Source: Candidatus Thorarchaeota archaeon (GTDB taxonomy: Archaea; Asgardarchaeota; Thorarchaeia; Thorarchaeales; Thorarchaeaceae). From it: a stretch of DNA of 64,000 nt. Below the pieces are notes generated by a model. That model was not told the origin of the DNA. It saw nothing but the letters and a program-made list of their open reading frames with translations, and ran no database searches. Of this stretch, positions 20,801 to 29,800 are shown one piece after another; position 1 is the first letter of the stretch; every line of letters starts with the position of its first letter. The DNA is taken from positions 32,001-96,000 of the forward strand of contig JAWOEX010000010.1 in NCBI GenBank assembly GCA_046482545.1, read 5' to 3'. A program made the translations under genes and the position numbers.

Positions 20801-23800
20801 TTCGAAATACACCACTACTGAAACCGAATCTGTGTACTGCACACTTGAAGGATTCGGTGGATCGTTTTGTAGACTGGTGTATATCCTGTCAACACTCCCC
20901 CTCAGCGTGATAGTGCTTAGATTAGCGTAGTATGGCTGTTGAGTAGAATTCCATTTGATAACCAAGTCGAAGCTATAAGTTCCAGTTTTGTTCAGCTGAG
21001 TCGTGTTGAAGCTAATTGAATAAGTTCCCTCAGCCGAGCCTGTACCTTCAGTCAAAGTATAGCCTGATAACGATGGATCTTTACAATCGAATTCTACAAT
21101 GGCGCCGGTGATTGGATTTGCTGTGTCGTCATCTGCTAAAGTAAACTCCACCGTCATATTATCCCGAAGCGGTGTAGTGGAAATTGGTACTAGCGAAATC
21201 GACATGATTCTGTTGGTGATACTGACCTTTACGATAGTTTGGTCATCACTGTAGTACGGAATCTGAGACTCATCCCAGTCCACCGTAACATTCAGCTCAT
21301 AATTGCTCACCAGAGTGTCCGTTATCAAATCCGAGGGAATGGATATTTCAAAGCTCTCACCATCCTGTACCAGACTGAAACCACTTGTCAGTTCAGTTCC
21401 ATCCTGAAGGTAGATTTTGACATCATCTACAGTAATACCCACGATTGGCTCGTCAGCATCTAAATCGGTGTACACAAAACTGAATGTGACATTATCCAAG
21501 AACCTTGTTTGAGCGGGTGGTACAGTGATTTCTACGTTTGTGTCACGCTCCCTAACCCGAACTCTAACGGAAACGGTGGCATTATCGTGATAGGGTGACC
21601 CCAATGTCCAATTAGCATAGACGTTTACAGTATATTGGCCGGGTGCACCTAATGCAGAGGTATTCAACGAGATTTCGTAGAAGCCAATGCTTCCAGAACT
21701 CAGCGTGTAATGAGCACTCTCATTGAGAGGCTGCGAACCATTGTACACATGAATATCGCCATCCTCGATGCCCTGTTCAGCATCCGTGTCTTCATAAAAT
21801 ACAGTTAAAGATGCATTGTCGTTGTACGGGGTGGTTTCAGGTGTATCATCGATGCTGAGAGAGGAAGACCTGATTCGAAGCTCAAACTCTATGAAAAGAG
21901 TATCTGGTCCATAATAGGGGGTTGTATGCTCATACGACATATTGAGTTCAAGAGAGGTTGGATCACTTATGTTCAGTTCAGGATGATTGTAGGTTTGAAT
22001 TTCAACCACATAGTAGCCAAAATCTGGTTTCCATTCAGAAGTGAAGAACCAATCCGAACCATTCCTTATTTCTAGTGTAACCAGACTTGAGTCGTTCCCA
22101 ATATTATCCAGTGTGTAAAGGTCCTGATAGTTGAGAATTACTGTGATTGAGGAGTTGTAAGGTACTTTTCTTATTGGTTCGGAGGAGAGCAGTGTAACTC
22201 TCTGTCTTACCGTAAACTGGCGTATCCCAGTAGAGTTGAAGTAGTAGAATTCTGGAGAGTAAATAGTCACATTCAGCTCATACTCAGCTGGTTCATCATA
22301 ATAGGTCGTATTGAATTCGATTTCGTATTGTCCATTTCCAATCACGGTTACACTGTAGTATTCCTGGTCAATAGCTGTACTGCCATTGTAGATGCTTACA
22401 TTAGCGTTTTCGATACCATCTGAACTTGTTCCAGTTACGTCTGTCCAAGTCACAGAGAAGGTTACATTATCGAGATACTGTGTAGGCGCTGGCGCCAAGT
22501 AATCCAATACGGTCTGTCGTGCAATAACATCTATGAATACAATACGGTTTGTTCTGTTTGCATAGAAAGGTGACCCCGCCCACGTGACATTGAGCTGTAA
22601 AGACTTGGTTCCAAGCTCACCAAAACTGGTTGTATTAAACTCAATTGTAAAAGTGCCAGCAGAATGAGAGTAGCTGAAGGAGATATTAAGAGAAATGGTC
22701 AGCTTATCATCATCTAGGATGTCCTGCGCCTCTGCCCCAGTAACGTCTTCAAAGGTGAACGTGAACCTACCATTTTCTCCGTAGCTGGTAGGTGAAGGAG
22801 GAGTTAAGGAAATGAGGGTGTCGCGTGGTAAGATGCGGAGCGAAATCGTGTCGGTTCGGTTCGTGTACAATGGCTCTACGCCTTTGGACCAATTGACATT
22901 TAGATTCATGTAGATTCGACCGGTAGTGCTGAAAATGGTGGTATTGAAACGAATCGAGTAGTTGCCGGGCTGATTTGTACGATCAACTTCCCATATATCC
23001 ACATTCGAAGTATTTACCTGATATCCTTGGAATTCAACATAGATATGAACAGCCCCCGTCTCGTTATCAATTCCTTCACCGCTATTGAGGTCACTAAAGA
23101 ACAGTAGATAGCTCATATTCTCGAGATAGGGTATTGGTTCCGCTGATTCTAATAGCGTCAGCGAAGACTCTTGGCCCACAACGTTCGCAGTTGTTGTAAA
23201 AGTCCTATTCTTGTATGTGTACACACTTCCCGTCCAATTGGCATACACGATGAAGGTCTTTATGCCCAATGAGGTAAACTGGGATGCATTAACGTAGATG
23301 GTATAGAATCCAGGGTCAGCATCGTAATCCCAAGATGAGTTGAGACTGCCGAGAGTCTCTTCCTCCACACGGAAATCAACTTTTGTTGAATTGATACCTA
23401 CATTGTTGTCAAGATCCCCATAGTAGACAGAGATGTCGAATACGCCTTCGAGACTTCTAGGATCTATGGAACTTACAAGCCTGAAATCTGTATTATGGGT
23501 CCGCACTGTAATTGTCAGATTGAAAATTCCAAACTGATAGTTCTCGCCCTTTGAGAAGTTGAACGTCACCACGGTGTTCTGTTGAAGCGGAGTTGTATCT
23601 TCGGTACTGAAGATGACTTTGTATCGTTCTTCTCCGGGCAGGTAAGTCACGTTGACATCGTGATTCCAAGTTGTTTCCAAAGAAGCATTGACTACTGGTT
23701 CGTCATGGTCTGTATCCCAATAATCGACATAGAACACCGGATCGTTGCCAACTGGAATATCCAGCGCACCAACGGTCGGTATAGCGTAGGTATATGCGAT

Positions 23801-26800
23801 TCTGATTGTAAGGGTAAATGTGAGAGTCTTATTTTCGTATTGAGACGCGCCTGCTGTTAGATTGAATGGGTGATCACCTTTTGAAAGGCCGCTAACATCA
23901 AGAGTGACTATATATTCACCATTCCCAAGATTCTGCTCATTGTATATGGTGATACCCTCTGACGTTATCGTTGCATTATCTATACCCTTGTTCCTGTCAA
24001 CATCAGTGTAGTTCAAACGAACCTCTACATCCGTATCGTAAGGCGTTGTAACCTGAGGATAGCTGGGTGAAGATAAGTAACTTCGAGCATCTCGATACCT
24101 GAACTCGACCACAATATAGTCACTACTGTAATTCCCAAACGATTTCTTGATTGTGATTCTGATACGGTAACTCTCATCAGTCAGCTCAGAACTGTTGAGC
24201 GTAAGGTTGTATCTTCCGTTGGTAAGGTCAGACCAAGTTATTGAGAATGTATGGGTTGAATTCTCAACTCTAACCTCAGTGTTGTTCAGGCCTGATATGG
24301 GATAGCCATCATACTGATTGCCCACTTCAGAGACGTTGACTCTAAGGACAATGTTGAAGTCGTCACCAGAGGGTATAATCAAATCAGTCGGCTCATGGGT
24401 AACTCTGATTCCCAATCGTCGAATTGTGACTGAGAAGGTGTGAGTTGCACCCTTATAGTATTGGTTTGAATCCACACATGTGATAGTGAGGTTAATGGAA
24501 TGACTACCAACGTCCCATCCAGTGGTGTTCAGCCTCATTGAGTAGTTGCCGAATTCTTGGTTACCAAGACTCTCTTCGTACTCAAATGCTACTCCATTGG
24601 ATGACACATTGTCAATGGGTACCTGTTCGTTCCAATCATTATCCCAGAAAACGACAGTTACAGGCGTCTTGTTGCCATAAGGAACTGTCAGTCCACCTGT
24701 CACCGAAACCGAAGTGTGATGAGGACGAATAGTTACATTAACTTGTGTCCGGGCGTGCATATAGCTTGAATTTGAGGAATAAAGGTGGACATCAAGTCGA
24801 TATGTACCTACTGACCAATTATCGGTCATGAAATCGAAGCTCTTGTTTTCGAAGCTCTGTGAACCGACCGTTACGTTATCCAAATTGTTAGTTATAGCCG
24901 AATCGCCTGCGTCCGTATCGTACCAAGATAGGGAGAATGTCGAGTTCTCACCCCAAGGTACGTTTGTATCTGCATTAACCACAATGCTAGTTCGGTGAGG
25001 TATTATTGTGAAATTGACAATGATACTGGTGTCCCTATACTTTGCATCAGATGAATACAAGTTCAAAGATTTCTGGTGTTCGCCCAACTCCCAGTTGCTT
25101 GTATCGTAGGTAAACGAGAGATTATCAAACGATTGAATCCCGACGGTTATGTTATCCAGATTTGTCACGTTAATCTCACTGTTTCCAGTATCGAGATCAT
25201 GCCAAGAGACCTTAAATGAGGACTGATAACCCCATGGCAATTGAGAATCATAATTCACGGTTGGCGATGTATGATGAGCCCTAACTGATATGCTGACCCT
25301 CGTTGAAGCACCATAATAATTGGAACTATTGGAGAACAAATCAACATCTCGCTCATAGCTACCTACCCCAAGAGAGCTTGTGTTGTAGTCGAATGAGAAT
25401 GAAGAAAAGCTATCGACTCCTACCGTGATCTGATCCAGATTTGATACATCAATCGTGGTTCCACCCGTATCAGAGTCATACCAAGTAACTGTGAATGAAG
25501 AGGTATCACCCCATGGTATCTCCTGATCATGATTAACGTCGATGTACGTATGATGAGCCCGGATGGTGATGTTCACAACCGTATGAGCGTTCTCATATTT
25601 CACGCTTGAGGAGTATACATCCACATCCCGTTGGTAACTGCCAACTTCCAAAGAGCTAGTATCGTACTCAAATGAAAAAGTCTCATTGTAGTCGGAGCCT
25701 ACTGTAACGTTGTCAAGGTTTGTCACATCTATTTCAGAACCACCAGTATCGGAATCATACCAGGTGACAACGAACGTCGAGTTTTCACCCCAGGGCACCT
25801 CTTCGTCATAGTTGACTTCGATATAGGTTTGATGAGCCCTGATGATAATATCAAATGTGCTTGACTGAGCTTCATAATGGGTGTTGGTATCAGCACACTC
25901 GATTTCTATTGTCACAGTTTCGGTTCCAACATCCCAGCTTGACGTACTGAGTGTGGGTGTGTATGTTCCATCATGATTTTGGGTTTCATATGAAGAAGTA
26001 TAGGATATACTGGTAACATTGGCGATTGGAACCTCGGAGTTTGTGTCAGTATCCCAGAATGTGACAGCGACATCTGTATCGTACCCCCATGGCGAAATTT
26101 CGGTGGCCACCGCAGTCAGTGTCGTATGATGTGTTCTGATTGTGATATCAAAAGAACTGGATGCCGAGTTATAATACAAATTGCTGCCTTCACATTGTAC
26201 AGTGATTGATGTTGAAACGACTCCTACGTCCCATGTGTCGGTGGTCAAGGTTGGCGTGTACGAAGATTCACTTTGAGATCCATACTCTGTAGGATTGAAA
26301 TCTATCGAACTCACATTTTGAATCGGGACTTGTTCGTTATTGTCAGTGTCCCAGAATGTAACAGTTACGGAAGTATTGAAGCCCCACGGTGTTGCATCAT
26401 CAACGACCGCACTCAGAGTTGTATGATGAGCTCGAATTGTGATTTCAAAATTCTTTGACGCAGAGTCATAGTATTGATTATCTCCTACGCAGGAAACGCT
26501 AAGATTAGCTGAATAGGTCCCTACTGTCCAAGACGAAGTGGAAAGAGTAGGCGAGTATGTATTGAAGAGCTCGGAGCCATAGGATTCATAGTCGAACTGG
26601 ATACCATCAGTGGTTACATTTGTACTTGGTACACTTGAATTGGTATCTTCGTCCCAAAAGACTACTTCGATATTGGTATCATACCCCCAAGGAGTTACAG
26701 GTGACGAATCAACAGTCACACTTGTATGGTGAGCACGAATCTCAAGAGTAATTGTGGTCCAAGCATCATCATACTTACTATCACTGGAAAAGAGAGTCAC

Positions 26801-29800
26801 ATTAAGATAATATGTACCTACCGTCCAAGAACTAGAATCGAAGTTGAATGTCATACTGGATCCATATGAGACGCCATCAACTGTTATGTCGCTTGGTGAG
26901 ACAGAGCTAGATATATCCGTACCACTAGTGTCTGAATCATACCATGTGACATTGAAGAAAGAATCCACTCCCCAAGGTATATTCTGGTCATGATTGACAT
27001 TGATATATGTGTGGTGAGCTCGGATAGTGATATTCACAATCGTATGAGCGTCCTCATAATTCACGCTCGAAGAGTATACATCCACATCTCGTTGATAGCT
27101 GCCAACTGTTAGTGAACTGGTATCGTACTCAAATGAAAAAGTCTCATTGTAGTCGGAGCCTACTGTAACGTTGTCAAGGTTTGTCACATCTATTTCAGAA
27201 CCACCAGTATCGGAATCATACCAGGTGACAACGAACGTCGAGTTTTCTCCCCACGGTACCTCCTCGTCGTAGTTGACTTCAATGTAGGTATGGTGAGTTC
27301 TGATAGTAATATCAAATGTGCTTGACTGGTATTCATAATACGTGTTACTATCAGCACAGTCAATCTCAACCGTTACTGTCTCTGTCCCAACATCCCAATT
27401 AGATGTGTTCAGAGTTGGAGTATATGACTTCGTTGGTGTTTGCGTTCCATAGCTAGAGCTGTATTGGATACTCGTTACATTGTCAATCGGGACTTCGGAA
27501 TCAGTATCAGTGTCCCAGAATGTAACAACAATGTCAGTATCATAGCCCCATGGCGTCGTTTCGGTTGCCACAGCGGTCAATGTGGTATGATGCGTCCTGA
27601 TTGTTATGTTAAATGAACTGGATGCAGAGGTGTAGTACAAGTTACTACTCACACACTGCACAGTTATTGCTGTTGGAACCAACCCAACGTCCCATGCATC
27701 AGTTGTCAATGTCGGAGTATAGGATGATTCACTTTGAGAATCATAACCTGTGGGATTGAAATCAATTGAGCTCACGTTTCCAATCGGAACTTGCTCGTTA
27801 TTATCAGTGTCCCAGAATGTGACAGTTGCAGGAGTGCTGAAACCCCAAGGGGTTGCATCATCAACAACCGCCGTCACGGTGGTCTGGTGAGCACGAATTG
27901 TAATAGTAAAGTTATTTGATGCTGATTCGTAGTACCGATTGCTGTCTACACACGAAACACTCAGGGTAACCGAATACGTATCAACAGTCCAAGAAGAGGT
28001 GGTGAGAGTTGGCGAGTAAGTGCTGAACTGTTCAGATCCGTAAGTTTCATAATTGAACTGGATGCCATCCGGGGTTACATTAGTAATTGGGACACTCGAA
28101 TTGGTATCGACATCCCAGAAAACTATACTAACATCGCTATCATAGCCCCATGGTGTTACTGGAGATGAATCAACTGTAACCGTGGTATGGTGTGCTCGAA
28201 TCTCAAGTGTGACTGTAGTCCATGCACTCTCATAGTCACCATTCCCGGAATACAGAGTCACATTCAGTTGATATGAATCCACAGTCAAATCATCAGAATC
28301 AAAGCTGAATCCCAAATCCGTGCCATAAGAAGAACCATTCACAGTCATGTCAGTAATATTAACGGAGTCAGAAATGTTAGTGCCGCCAGTATCTGAATCA
28401 AACCAAGTGACTAGGAAAGTTGAATTCGCTCCCCATGGCACCTTCTGGTCATGATTGACATTGATATATGTGTGGTGAGCTCGGATAGTGATATTCACAA
28501 TCGTATGAGCGTCCTCATAATTCACGCTCGAAGAATGAACATCCACATCCCGTTGATAGCTGCCAACTGTTAGTGAACTGGTATCGTACTCAAATGAAAA
28601 AGTCTCATTGTAGTCGGAGCCTACTGTAACGTTGTCAAGGTTTGTCACATCTATTTCAGAACCACCAGTATCGGAATCATACCAGGTGACAACGAACGTC
28701 GAGTTTTCACCCCACGGTACTTCTTCGTCATAGTTGACTTCAACATAGGTGTGATGTGGTCGGATTTTAAGAGTCACGGTAGTCCATGCGCCTACATAAT
28801 CACCACTATCAGAATAGACAGTCACATTCAGTTGGTATGAATCCACAGTCAAATCATCAGAATCAAAATCGAATCCTAGGTCCTGACCATAAGAAGAACC
28901 ATTCACAGTTACATCGCTAACATTAACCGTTCCGGAGATATTTGTTCCTCCGGTGTCCGAATCATACCAAGTCACCGCAAATGTTGAATTTTCTCCCCAA
29001 GGTATCTCTTGGTCATGATTAACGTCGATGTATGTGTTGTGGGCTCGAACCTCAAGAGTCACGTTAGTCCATGCATCTTCGTAATTATCGCTATCAGAAT
29101 AGACAGTCACGTTAAGATGATAAGTGCCTACTGCCCAATCATCCGAATCCAAATCAAATCCTAGATTCTGACCGTAAGAGGTACCATTCACTGTTATGTC
29201 GCTGACAGGAACTGATTCGGAAATATCAGTATCACCGGTATCTGAATCATACCAAGTGACTGAGAAGGTTGAATTCTCTCCCCAGGGTATTTCTTGGTCA
29301 AGGTCTACAACTATGAATGTGTCATGCTCAGTGATGGTCAATTCAAGTAGAAATGTACTATTTTCATAATTTGTCTTCGAGAAAGTGACTTCGATGTTGT
29401 AGGTTCCAACTGCAGTCGTGCCAACATCGATAGCCAAATCATAAGATCCATCTGTGTTATTACTCACACCAACGGTTACACCGGATGGCTCATTTACGAA
29501 CCAGTTAGCTCCAGATATGCCGTCATAGCTGTGGTCGGTGTCGTTGTAGGTTATTGTGAAAGACGTATCAATCTCATACGGTGTTGAAACCGAATTTCCG
29601 CCAACTCCATAGGTCGCAGTATGAATATCTCTAAGTGTGAACACGATATCGACTGTACTCTTTAATAGATAGGTTTCAGTCGGGGTCGCGTTGATATGGT
29701 AGACGTAGTTGCCTGTGGTCAAACCTTCTGAATTTAGAACCAAGTCATATGTACCGTCACCATTGTCAGTTGTGTCAATTAGCGAGCCATTAGACGCGAT

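Noticed and set aside
25525-28900. CRISPR array or DGR template/variable repeat pair
   Set aside because: The repeats are long, in-frame coding modules without spacers. Differences are not adenine-specific and no reverse transcriptase or cas gene is present.
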